Shown one piece after another: positions 1 to 11,526 of a stretch of 64,000 nt of DNA. The translations under genes and the position numbers were made by a program. The DNA lies in assembly GCA_963770875.1 (NCBI GenBank), contig CAVYRE010000006.1, positions 329,619 through 393,618 of the forward strand. The letters are read 5' to 3'. The DNA is from an uncultured Chloroflexia bacterium (GTDB lineage Bacteria > Chloroflexota > Limnocylindria > QHBO01). The notes under the pieces were generated by a model, which was not told the origin of the DNA, made no database searches, and worked only from the letters and a program-made list of their open reading frames with translations. Every line of letters starts with the position of its first letter. Positions within the stretch are counted from its first letter, which is position 1.

Positions 1-1161
1 CGTATAGGACTTCGAGGCCCCTGACGCGCCGGGGCGAGTCGGGGAGTTCGGGTCGCCGGTCGTCGTCTGCCACGAGCGCCCGTAGTACGGCACGCCCCAG
101 ATGATCTTGGTCGCCGGGGCCTGGCCGAGGTAGTCATCCACCGATTCGTTGACATCGAGGATGTAGGGCGAGTCCATGGGTGCGACCGCCCCCGCGCGCG
201 CCGACCCCGACCAGCTGTAGTCGTAGCCCATCACGAAGAGGGCATCGGCCGCGCCCGACGCGACGAGGCCGCGGATGTCGTAGCCGCTCGCCCACGTGGC
301 CGCACCGCCGGTGGCATCGACGGTGAGGTACGAGCCGACGCCGGCCGCCACCAGCCCCGCCTTGAGCTGCCGCACGAAGCTCGTGTACTGATCTCGTTGC
401 GGCGTCGCCACCGGTTCGAAGTCGAGGTTGACGCCGTCCGCGGCTCGATCCCGAACCGTCGCGACGATGGCCTGCACGAGCGCCGCTCGCGCGGTTGCGC
501 TGGCGAGCAGCGCCGCCTGGTCGGCCCCGCCATCCCACGCCATCATCGTGACGGTCAGAACCACCCGGGTCCCGCGGGCGTGCGCGGCGTTGATCACGCC
601 GGTCATGGCGCTCGAGTTCCAGCCGCTCCAGCCCGAGGTCGGGGAGCCGCCGCTCGAGGTGGCGAGGGTGCCGTCCGAGCGGGCCTCGACCCCGAAGTAG
701 GCGATGGTGGTGACGAGCTGATACTGCATCCACTGGAGGGAGCTGGCGTCGAGCAGCCAATAGGGCAGGAAGCCGAGGACCTCCTTGCGCAGCCCATTCG
801 GCAGTGAGGCGGTGGCTGCAGACGCCGCGGCCGGGCCGGTGGTCCCCGGCAGGGCGAGTGGCGCAACCTGGTTGGCGGGTGACGAGCCGCTGCGGGGCTG
901 GGGCGCGTCACCGGGAGCGAAGCTGATGCGGGCCCCGGCGTGCGCGGCAAGCATATCGGCCTCCGCTGAGGAGTCCGGGGCGGCAGCCGGCTCGACCGGC
1001 AGCACGCGGCCATCGGGCAGCACGACCGGACCGTCGGAGCGCAGTGGCGGGACCTCGAACAGCTGACCGGGCCCCGGGCTCGGGTCGGCGGCCAGGGCGG
1101 CTCCCGGCAGGGAGAACGCGCCGGCGAGGATGGTGGTGAAGATGAGCAGTCGACGGATCAC
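1..1161 (-). CDS. Secreted glycoside hydrolase family 18 (GH18) protein; C-terminal part lies beyond the left window edge
   Basis: Absent from the ORF track because it has no stop inside the window. Own translation of the minus strand: GTG at 1161..1159, signal peptide VIRRLLIFTTILAGAFSLPGAALA, then an open frame down to position 1. Contains the GH18 catalytic motif as DGVNLDFE (middle Asp replaced by Asn) and the YYGRSW motif. High GC3 in this frame. Confidence 0.7.
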   Translation of the reverse strand, partial: MIRRLLIFTTILAGAFSLPGAALAADPSPGPGQLFEVPPLRSDGPVVLPDGRVLPVEPAAAPDSSAEADMLAAHAGARISFAPGDAPQPRSGSSPANQVAPLALPGTTGPAAASAATASLPNGLRKEVLGFLPYWLLDASSLQWMQYQLVTTIAYFGVEARSDGTLATSSGGSPTSGWSGWNSSAMTGVINAAHARGTRVVLTVTMMAWDGGADQAALLASATARAALVQAIVATVRDRAADGVNLDFEPVATPQRDQYTSFVRQLKAGLVAAGVGSYLTVDATGGAATWASGYDIRGLVASGAADALFVMGYDYSWSGSARAGAVAPMDSPYILDVNESVDDYLGQAPATKIIWGVPYYGRSWQTTTGDPNSPTRPGASGASKSYT

Positions 1162-1300
1162 GCGCTGGCCAGGTGCGATTTCGATCGCGGCCGCCGTGAC
1201 GCGGCAACCGCTTCACACGTCACCTTACGGGTGCATTCCGCCCCGCACCATGGTACGGATGGCCCCGGCCAATAGCCCCACGCAGGGAAGCGTGGTCGCC

Positions 1301-2571
1301 TCAGGGCACGATGTAGGTGGCGCTCAGTGTGCCGCCGGCGCCGAGCGCCACCGTGACCCCGTTGGCACGGCTATCGCCCACCGGGAAGTTCAGGGTTGAG
1401 CTGGCAGGGCTGGCGGTCGGGTTGGGGCCCAGGAAGGCGTAACCGGCGGCGGACTGGCCGGTGACCGTCAGGTTGCCGGTGACCGCCACCGCGCTGCCCG
1501 GCACGCCGCCCAGGCCAGTGACCTGGAAGGTGCGTGGCGTCCCGTCGAGGAACACGCCCGAGAGGCCGGTGGGGACGCGGGTGTCGAGCAGGCGCGCCGG
1601 AGCCAGGGGCACGAAGCTGGCACCCGAGCTGCCGGGAACGAAGTAGCCGGTCACGTCGAAGACCAGGTGGGTGGCGGCGCCGGCGGTGGCGACGTAGGTC
1701 GCGCTGAGCGTGCCGCTGGCGCTGAGGGCGACCGTCACCCCGTTGGCGCGGCTATCGCCCAGCGGGAAGTTCAAGGTCGAGCTGGCCGGGCTGGCGACCG
1801 GGTCAGGACCCAGGAATGCATACCCTGCCTTGCTCTGGGCGGTGACGGTCAGGTTGCCGGTGACCGCGGTGGCGTTGGCAGGGACGCCTCCCAGCCCCGT
1901 GACCTGGAAGGTGCGCGGCGTGCCGGCGACGAACGCGCCGGAGAGGCCGTTGCCGGACCGCGAGTCGAGCAGGCGGGCGGGGGTCAGCGGCACGAAGGTG
2001 GCGCCCGAGCTGCCGGGCACGAAGTAGCCGGTCACGTCGAACACCAGGTGGGTGCTGGCGCCGGCCGGCGCCAGGTAGGTGGCGCTCAGGCTGCCGTCGC
2101 TCCCAAGGGCCACCGTGACCCCGTTGGCGCGGCTATCGCCCAGCGGGAAGTTCAAGGTAGAGCTGGTCGGGGCCGGAGTGGGGTTGGGACCCAGGAACAC
2201 GTAGCCCGCCTGCGTCTGGCCAGTGACCGTCAGGTTGCCGGTGACCGCGGTCGCGTTGGCCGGCACGCCACCCCGACCGGCGACCGCGAAGGTGCGCGGG
2301 CTGCCGGCGCCAAAGGCGCCGCTGAGGCCGTTGCCGACTCGCGTGTCGAGCAGGCGCGCCGGGGCCAGTGGCACGAAGCCGGCGCCGGAGCTGCCGGGCA
2401 CGAAGTAGCCGGTCGAGTCGAAGATCAGATCGGTGCTGCCCGATGGAGCATGGGGCTCGGTATACGCGACGGTCGTGCCTGATGGGGTCAGGTCAGGGTG
2501 GCCGGCATAGGCGAAGAAGTAGCTCTCCGCTGGTCGGGTCTGCCAGTGTTCTGGATCCAGATCCGCGTGCC
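1301..2571. repeat. About 3.5 tandem copies of a ~366-bp coding repeat (~120-aa protein module)
   Basis: DNA segments starting near 1655, 2030 and 2400 are alignable, e.g. gtcacgtcgaaGaccaggtgggtgG versus gtcacgtcgaaCaccaggtgggtgC. Protein modules begin GSSGAxFVPLxPARLLDTR and end THLVFDVTGYFVP. Confidence 0.8.
1301..2571 (-). CDS. Tandem-repeat region of a secreted protein (3.5 x ~120-aa PARLLDTR...GYFVP modules); C-terminal part of a frameshifted gene
   Basis: Track ORF 1301..2401 starts at a GTG. The same frame stays open upstream to about 2777 with no start codon and still encodes repeat-like sequence (…AESYFFAYAGHPDLTPSGTTVAYTEPHAPSGSTDLIFDSTGYFVPGSSGAGFVPL…). This implies continuation from ORF 2488..3375 through a +/-1 frame change near 2560-2600. 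Confidence 0.6.
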
Positions 2572-3375
2572 GGCCAGATCGGGATGGGCGTAGTGACGCT
2601 GGCGCGACAGGTCGTAGCCGTTGGCGCCCTCCGCGATCGCGCCGAACGCCATGTTCGGGTTTCGCAGGATCGTATCGATCAGGCCCTGCGCACCCATGTC
2701 GGTCGCGAAGTAGGCGCCGCCGCCGAGCAGCAGGCCGGGGTAGCTGTAGTTGCGGACACGCTGCATGGCGCCCGACTCAGTGGCCGGGACATCCCACCCC
2801 TCGCTGGCTCCGGGGGCGTAGCACGCGTTGGAGTAGATCATCACCCAGTTCGGTGCCGGGGTGATCGGGCCGCCGGCGCAATAGGTCCGCTGGGCGGCGC
2901 CGTCAGATGAGGTGAGCGTCCCGAGCAGGGCCTTCTCGCCGCAATAGACCATGTACTTCGACCAGTCGTCGGAGTCGCCACCACCCGTCGTGCGGTTCAG
3001 GCCCCAGCCGTTGTCGCGGTCCCGCTGCTCGGTGCTGCTGTAGGGATTCGGGAACCCGTTCCCGTGGCCGAGGTAGATCACGATGTTCGCGCCGTTGACG
3101 GCATCTTTCACGGCGGCCCATGTCGCGTTGGGCGAGTAGACCTTGACCACCGTCGCACCCGCAGCCGCGGCCACGTTCGCATAGTCATCGCCCTTCGATC
3201 GGTAACTGTCGGTCTGCGCTCCCGTGGGACCGACGATGATGACGACCTTCGGTGGAGCTACGACCGCCCCGACCGGAGCCATCGCCAGCTGCGACGTGAC
3301 GAGCGTCAAGACTGCGATGAGGGCGGCTCGGGCGCGAATGCGCAATGGTCTCTCCTGGTGGCGTGCGACCGGCAC
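2488..3375 (-). CDS. Secreted putative clan-CD (caspase/clostripain/gingipain-like) cysteine peptidase domain; N-terminal part of the frameshifted peptidase-repeat gene
   Basis: Signal peptide MPVARHQERPLRIRARAALIAVLTLVTSQLAMA. Arrangement KVVIIVG … IVIYLGHGNGF … WVMIYSNACYAPG resembles the His-Gly / Ala-Cys catalytic dyad layout of the caspase-hemoglobinase fold. The call rests on motifs only. Confidence 0.4.
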   Translation of the reverse strand: MPVARHQERPLRIRARAALIAVLTLVTSQLAMAPVGAVVAPPKVVIIVGPTGAQTDSYRSKGDDYANVAAAAGATVVKVYSPNATWAAVKDAVNGANIVIYLGHGNGFPNPYSSTEQRDRDNGWGLNRTTGGGDSDDWSKYMVYCGEKALLGTLTSSDGAAQRTYCAGGPITPAPNWVMIYSNACYAPGASEGWDVPATESGAMQRVRNYSYPGLLLGGGAYFATDMGAQGLIDTILRNPNMAFGAIAEGANGYDLSRQRHYAHPDLAGTRIWIQNTGRPDQRRATSSPMPATLT

Positions 3376-3494
3376 GGGCCGGCACGGGCGATAACTGTCC
3401 GGGTACCACCGTATCGAGCGAGCTCACTCCTGCCCATGCCCCGTTGGTCCGCACCATGGCGGCGATGGGGCCATGTGCGCCGAGGCAACTCCCC

Positions 3495-4364
3495 CTAGTC
3501 CTGGGCGAAGTGGATCACCACCAGCATCCGCTCGATCTGCTGGAACGTGACCGCCGGCGTGACGAAGGCGGTCCTGGTGAGGGCGTCGGGATCGAGCTCG
3601 ACGGCCTGCACGGTGCCGACCAGGAGCCCGCGAGGGTATGGGCTGCGAGCGACCGGGCCTCCCGTGGCATCGGTCAGCGTGAGGCCGGCGGTGACGATCG
3701 TGTCGCCCACGGCGATCTTGTCGGTGGCACCCACCTGGACCATCACCAGCCCTCCCCCGAGCTGCCCCTGCACGAGGCCCAGGGCGCGCGTCTGCTGGTC
3801 GAGGGCGACGACGCTGGATCGGGCATCGACCACCAGCCGGACCGTCGCCGAATCGGGAAAGGCCGCCACCACGCTGCCGGCCAGCGCCCCCTGTCCGTTG
3901 GCATCGGCGACCACTGGCATCCCGACCTGAATCCCGTCGTTCGTTCCTCCGTCGATCCCCACCTCCCAGGTGAGGTTGCTCGGGTCGCGGGCCAGGATCC
4001 GGACCGGCAGGAGGTTCATCTGGAGCGTCGTCGTCAGGCCGAGGAGCCCGCGCAGCTGCGCGTTCTCCGCCGCTGCCTCACGCAGCTCGGCCATGCGGGC
4101 CTGCGCGCTCGCCAGCTCGCGCCGGAGTCGATCGTTCTCGGTCCGGAGCTGATCGATCTCGCCGATCGCGTTGAAGAAGCCGGCGATGCCCGATCCCATC
4201 CCGGCGATCGCGCCGCGGACCGGGTCGAGGGCACGGGCGGTGACCTCCTGCAGCGTCACCGCCGGCCCGGTACGGGAGGCGAGGAGGAGGAGCAGCGAGA
4301 AGACGGTCGCGGCCGCGAACCAGAGGCCACTGCGCGACCGGCGGTATGGGCTGCCCTCGAGCAT
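3495..4364 (-). CDS. mreC: Rod shape-determining protein MreC
   Basis: 289 aa. N-terminal transmembrane segment, coiled-coil (LRTENDRLRRELASAQARMAELREAAAENAQLRGLL), then beta-domain. Lies immediately downstream of mreB. No mreD follows. Confidence 0.85.
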   Translation of the reverse strand: MLEGSPYRRSRSGLWFAAATVFSLLLLLASRTGPAVTLQEVTARALDPVRGAIAGMGSGIAGFFNAIGEIDQLRTENDRLRRELASAQARMAELREAAAENAQLRGLLGLTTTLQMNLLPVRILARDPSNLTWEVGIDGGTNDGIQVGMPVVADANGQGALAGSVVAAFPDSATVRLVVDARSSVVALDQQTRALGLVQGQLGGGLVMVQVGATDKIAVGDTIVTAGLTLTDATGGPVARSPYPRGLLVGTVQAVELDPDALTRTAFVTPAVTFQQIERMLVVIHFAQD

Positions 4365-4382
4365 CCTTCGGCCTGGCCGGCG

Positions 4383-5438
4383 CTAGCGCGGCGCGCGCGT
4401 GAACTGCTCGCTGACCATCACCCGCTCAAGGGTGTCGAGCTCCTCGAGCACCTTTCCGCAACCGCGCACGACGCAGGTGAGCGGGTCGTCGGCCACGTGC
4501 ACCGGCATCTGCGTCGCCTCGGCGACGCGCTTGTCGAGCCCGATCAGGAGCGCGCCGCCCCCGGCCAGCACGATCCCCTGGTCCATCACGTCGGCGACCA
4601 GCTCGGGCGGGGTCTCCTCGATCGTCTCCTTGATGGCGTCGATGATCTGGACCACCGATGGCTCGAGCGCCTCGCGGATCTGGTCGCTGCTCACCTCCAC
4701 GCCGCGCGGCAGGCCAGTCAGCAGGTCGCGCCCACGGAAGGTGACGGTGCGCGGATTGGGCATCGGGTAGGCGGAGCCGACCGCGATCTTGATCTCCTCC
4801 GCGGTCCGCTCGCCCATCAGCAGGTTGTACTCGCGGCGCGCAAAGCTGACGATGTCGGTGTCCATCTCGTCGCCGCCGATCCGGATCGAACGGCTCACCA
4901 CGATCCCGCCCAGGCTGATCACCGCGACCTCGGTGGTCCCGCCGCCGATGTCCACGATGAGCGACCCGGTCGGCTCGCTGACCGGCAGCCCGGCCCCGAT
5001 CGCCGCCGCCATCGGCTCCTCGATCAGGCGTGCCCAGCGAGCGCCGGCGTTGAGCGTCGCGTCCCGGACGGCCCGCTTCTCGACCTCGGTCACCCCGGAC
5101 GGGATCCCCACCAGGACGCGCGGCCGGGGGATGCGGGCGTATCGGTCGTGAACCTTCTGGATGAAGTACCGGATCATCTGCTCGGTGACGTCGAAGTCGC
5201 TGATCACCCCGTCGCGCAGCGGTCGAACGGCGACGATGTTGGCCGGGGTGCGCCCGACCATCCGCTTCGCCTCGGCGCCGATGGCGAGCACACGCTTCGT
5301 CCGGGTGTCCATGGCGACCACGCTCGGCTCGGAGATCACGATCCCGCGGTGGCGCACGGTGACGAGCGTGTTCGCCGTGCCGAGGTCGATCCCGACGTCG
5401 TGCGAGAGCAGCCCGAGCAGGCCGTCGAAGATGCCCAC
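4383..5438 (-). CDS. mreB: Rod shape-determining actin homolog MreB
   Basis: 351 aa. Motifs GIDLGTANTLV, VIAIGAEAK, DIGGGTTEVAVISLGGIV and LAGGGALLIGLDKRV. Confidence 0.95.
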   Translation of the reverse strand: MGIFDGLLGLLSHDVGIDLGTANTLVTVRHRGIVISEPSVVAMDTRTKRVLAIGAEAKRMVGRTPANIVAVRPLRDGVISDFDVTEQMIRYFIQKVHDRYARIPRPRVLVGIPSGVTEVEKRAVRDATLNAGARWARLIEEPMAAAIGAGLPVSEPTGSLIVDIGGGTTEVAVISLGGIVVSRSIRIGGDEMDTDIVSFARREYNLLMGERTAEEIKIAVGSAYPMPNPRTVTFRGRDLLTGLPRGVEVSSDQIREALEPSVVQIIDAIKETIEETPPELVADVMDQGIVLAGGGALLIGLDKRVAEATQMPVHVADDPLTCVVRGCGKVLEELDTLERVMVSEQFTRAPR

Positions 5439-5555
5439 GGTGCCTCCGGCACATCGTGCCGATGCGATGGTGTTGAGGGTCCGCCAAGGATGACGGATCG
5501 GCCCCTCCCCGGCAACGCCGTTCCGGCGGCCGATCGTCCCGGTAAGGTGTAGGCG

Positions 5556-7502
5556 ATGTCGCCTTCAGCGCCCCGCGATCCCGGGTCCCCGAGCGTCGAG
5601 CTGCCGGCGGACGAGCTGCGAGCGTGGCTCGACGGGACGCACCCGCGGCCATGGACGCTCCTCGGCGCCCACCTGGCGCGCGTGGGCGAGACCGACGGAA
5701 CGCGGTTCGCCGTCTGGGCCCCCAACGCGCGGTCGGTGAGCCTCGCCCCGGCGATCGACGCGTCGCCGCGCGATCCGGTGCCGATGCAGCGCCTCGGCGA
5801 CTCGGGGGTCTGGGCCTGCTTCGTGCCGGGGATCGGCGCCGGCGACCGGTACCGGTTCGCCGTGACCGGCGCCGACGGGAGCACGACGCTCCGGGCGGAC
5901 CCGATGGCCCGCTGGACGGAGCTCCGTCCGGGCACCGCCTCGCGGGTGGCCGCCCCATCGGCCCATGCCTGGGGCGACGGCGAGTGGATGGAGGCGCGAC
6001 ATTCGGTCGACCTGCACCGCGCGCCGATGCTGATCTACGAGGTCCACCTCGGCTCGTGGCGCCGCCGGCCCGACGGCGGCTGGCTCTCCTACCGCGAGAT
6101 CGCCCCGCTGCTGGCCGAGCACTGCCGCCGCTTCGGCTTCACCCACATCGAGCTGATGCCGATCGCCGAGCACCCCTTCGACGGGTCGTGGGGCTACCAG
6201 GTGACCGCCTACTACGCCCCGACCTCGCGGCATGGGAGCCCGGACGACTTCCGCTTCCTGGTCGACACGCTGCATCGGGCCGGGATTGGCGTCCTGCTCG
6301 ACTGGGTGCCGGCTCACTTCCCGCGCGACGAGCACGCGCTGGTGCGTTTCGACGGCACGCATCTCTACGAGCATCCGGACCCGATGCGCGGCGAGCATCC
6401 CGACTGGGGGACCCTGATCTTCGACTACGACCGGCCCACCGTCCGCGGCTTCCTGATCGGGAATGCCCTCTTCTGGCTCGAGGAGTTCCACATCGACGGC
6501 CTGCGGGTCGACGCGGTCGCCTCGATGCTCTATCTCGACTACTCCCGGCGCCCGGGACAGTGGCGCCCGAACGTGCTCGGCGGACGCGAGAACCTGGAGG
6601 CGATCGCCTTCCTGCGCGCGCTCAACGACCGGGTCCACCAGGCGCATCCGGATGTGGTCACCGTCGCCGAGGAGTCGACCGCCTTCGACGGCGTCAGCCG
6701 GGCCACCGCGGAGGGTGGCCTGGGCTTCGACCTGAAGTGGGACATGGGCTGGATGCACGACACCCTCGACTACTTCGCGAGGTCGCCGGAATGGCGAGGC
6801 ACGCATCGGCACCGGATCACGTTCCGCGGCATCTACCTGCGCAACGAGCGCTGGGTGCTGCCCCTCTCGCACGACGAGGTGGTCTACCTGAAGCGACCGC
6901 TGCTGGGAAAGATGCCCGGCAGCCCGCCACAGCGCTTCGCGAACCTCCGCTCGCTGCTGGCCAACCAGGTCGCGCAGCCGGGCAAGAAGCTCCTCTTCAT
7001 GGGCACCGAGCTGGCCCCCTCCGGGGAGTGGAGCCATGATGCCGAGCTGCCATGGCAGGCGGCCGAGGGTGACCCGCTGCGGGACGCCTTCGCCCGCTAC
7101 CTGACCGACCTCGCGGCGCTCTACCGCGCCTCGCCGGCGCTCTGGGAGGGGGACGAGGATCCCTCCGGCTTCGCCTGGATCGACATCGGCGACGCCGATG
7201 GCACCACCTTCGCGTGGCTGCGTCGCGGCACGACCCCGACCGGCGCCGTCGACCTGGCGGTCGTGGTGCAGAACCTCGGTGCCCGCCCGCGACGGCGCTA
7301 CTGGCTCGCGCTCCCGGTCGGAGGCGCCTGGCGGGTGATGCTCAATACCGACGACCGCGCCTACGGCGGCGCGGGCGGCGCGGGGGCCGCGCGACGCCAA
7401 CCGATCATGGCCGCGGCGGGGCCACTCGGCGGCATGCCGGCGTCGGCGGTCGTCAGCCTGCCGGCGCTCGGGACCCTCTTCCTGCGCCCCGAAGCGGAAT
7501 AG
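5556..7502 (+). CDS. glgB: 1,4-alpha-glucan branching enzyme
   Basis: 648 aa. GH13 motifs GFTHIELMPIAEHPFDGSWGYQ, DWVPAHF, GLRVDAVASMLYLDY and EESTAF. Confidence 0.9.
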   Translation: MSPSAPRDPGSPSVELPADELRAWLDGTHPRPWTLLGAHLARVGETDGTRFAVWAPNARSVSLAPAIDASPRDPVPMQRLGDSGVWACFVPGIGAGDRYRFAVTGADGSTTLRADPMARWTELRPGTASRVAAPSAHAWGDGEWMEARHSVDLHRAPMLIYEVHLGSWRRRPDGGWLSYREIAPLLAEHCRRFGFTHIELMPIAEHPFDGSWGYQVTAYYAPTSRHGSPDDFRFLVDTLHRAGIGVLLDWVPAHFPRDEHALVRFDGTHLYEHPDPMRGEHPDWGTLIFDYDRPTVRGFLIGNALFWLEEFHIDGLRVDAVASMLYLDYSRRPGQWRPNVLGGRENLEAIAFLRALNDRVHQAHPDVVTVAEESTAFDGVSRATAEGGLGFDLKWDMGWMHDTLDYFARSPEWRGTHRHRITFRGIYLRNERWVLPLSHDEVVYLKRPLLGKMPGSPPQRFANLRSLLANQVAQPGKKLLFMGTELAPSGEWSHDAELPWQAAEGDPLRDAFARYLTDLAALYRASPALWEGDEDPSGFAWIDIGDADGTTFAWLRRGTTPTGAVDLAVVVQNLGARPRRRYWLALPVGGAWRVMLNTDDRAYGGAGGAGAARRQPIMAAAGPLGGMPASAVVSLPALGTLFLRPEAE

Positions 7503-7524
7503 CCGCTCCGAAGCGGAAAAGCGC

Positions 7525-9368
7525 CTAGCCGGCGCTGCGGCCCTTCGCCAGCGCCTCGATCAGGCTCGCCGCAAACGGGTCGCGCGCCAGCTCGTCGATC
7601 GTCAGCGGCAGGCTCAACGACCAGTTCGCGCGCTGCGGCTCGACGGTCCCGGGCACGTTGACCCGCTCCTCCACGGCCATCGCATCCTCGAGCGTGGCGG
7701 CGACCACAGCGGATGGCGTCGCGGCCAGGGCGGCGTAGGCGGCGAGGATCACTTGCCGTGGCTCGGCGCCGGGGGCGAGCCCGGTGACCGCCTCGAGCCG
7801 CTCGCGGAGCATGGCAAGCGCGGCGGGATCGGGGGTGACGCCGGCTCGCGCCTGGTCGGCCAGGTCCGAGCCGCTCCAGACGCCCGCCACCGTGGGAAGG
7901 TCGTGGGTCGTCAGGAGGGCCATCGCGCGCGCCGGGAATGCCGCGAGCGGCTCGTCCTCGAAGTAGACGACCCGCATCGACAGGATTCGATGCTCGGCCA
8001 GGCGCTCGCGCACCCCCTCCTCGAGCGTACCGAGGTCCTCGCCCACGATCCACGCCCCGGCCCGCATGCTCTCCAGCGAGAGGATCGCCAGCAGCTCGTC
8101 CGACCGGTAGCGCACGTAGGCACCTTCCGCCGCGCGGCGCCCGGCGGGAACCCACCAGCCCCGGAACAGGCCCGCGGCGTGGTCGATGCGGAGGCCGCCC
8201 GCGTGCCGGAGGCCCGCGCGCAGGGTCTCGATGTACGGCCGGTAGCCGGCGGCTCGGAGCCGATCCGGGACGAAGGGAGAGAGGCCCCAGTCCTGTCCGT
8301 CGGGGCCGAGCAGGTCGGGCGGCGCCCCGAGCCACGCTCCGGCGGCGAGCTGACGCTGCCAGCTCCAGGCATCGAAACCACCGGGGTCGAAGCCGATCGG
8401 GAGGTCCTGCACCAGACCTGGCCCGCTGCCGGCTGCCCGGAGCTGCTCGTCGAGGAGCCACTGCACCCACTCGTGAAAGGCCACCCGATCGGCCAGCTCG
8501 TCGGCAAGGCGCGCGACCTCTGGCCGGTCGGGGTCGCGGAGATCCTCCGGCCAGCCGCGCCAATCCCCGCCCAGCCGCTCCGCGATCGCCGCGTAGACCG
8601 CCCAGCTGGGGAGTGAGGCACCCAGCTCGTTGCGGAGAGCCGCGACGCCGTGCTGCACCGCCTCGTCGCGCCCGGCTCCGCTGCGCCACAGGAGCTCGAG
8701 CGCCTCCAGCTTCAACCCCTGGACGCGTGCGCGGTCGACCAGCCGTTCGGCATTCAGGGCCTCGCCCGCCGCCGCCAGCGGAGCCAGCTGGTCGGTCAGC
8801 CGCTCGACACCGGGGATCCGCCCGATGGCGAGGTGCAGTGGGTTGCGGAAGCGGCGCGTGGCCGGGAAGTAGGGGCTCGCCTCGGGCCGTCGGCTCGGCG
8901 TCGGGGCTCCGAGCGGACTCACCTGCAGGAAGCCGGCGCCATGCGCACCGGACCATGCGGCGAGCGCTCGCAGGTCGTCGAGGTCGCCGATGCCCCAGCT
9001 CCGTCCTGACCGGGTCGTCGCCAGCTGGACCGACCAGCCCCAGCTGCGGAGGCCGTCCGGCAGGTGGCACCGTGCGGGCGCGGCGATGAGCAGCTGTTCG
9101 CCCGCCTCGGTGGCGAGGCGGTGGTATCCGTGCGGCAGGTCCGCCGGCAGCGTCGTGACCGTGCCCAGGTCGCTCCCGTCCTCGAGGGTCAGCTGCCCCG
9201 GCGGATCGCACCGATCGCCGCCGCGCACGAGGCGGACCGGGTCCGCCGGCCCGCTCTGCGGCTCGTCGCCGATCGCCGCCGCCAGCGCCGCGCGCGTGTC
9301 AGCCGAGACGCTCCGGCGCTTGCCCCAGACATCGGTCCAGTCTGCGGCGATCTGGTCGCGCGGTGAGC

Positions 9369-9372
<4 letters not shown>
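7525..9372 (-). CDS. malQ: 4-alpha-glucanotransferase (amylomaltase)
   Basis: 615 aa. GH77-like WGIGDLDDLRALAAWSGAHGAGFLQVSPL, LRIDHAAGLFRGWWVP and IVGEDLGT. Confidence 0.85.
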
Positions 9373-11496
<2,124 letters not shown>

Positions 11497-11526
11497 CGGC
11501 CGGCATCCGGGGTAGTCTGTCGCGAC

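Noticed and set aside
134-1216. Track ORFs 134..760, 603..1013, 908..1216 (minus) and 397..807, 785..1066 (plus)
   Set aside because: All overlap the GH18 gene, which translates cleanly in a different minus-strand frame with a signal peptide and GH18 motifs. These are spurious frames.
3345-5552. 735-aa ORF on the plus strand, and many similar long Arg/Pro/Gly-rich ORFs (e.g. 5565..7400, 31649..34441, 34260..36314, 37381..39552, 51180..53564, 61994..63796)
   Set aside because: They are antisense or out-of-frame readings of real genes (mreB/mreC, glgB, UPF0182, guaA, purA, etc.). Long open frames are expected by chance at 70% GC. They have low-complexity R/P/G composition and no conserved motifs.
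7503-7524. Possible bidirectional terminator between glgB and malQ (CCGCtccgaaGCGGAAAAG)
   Set aside because: Only a 4-bp stem, with weak support.
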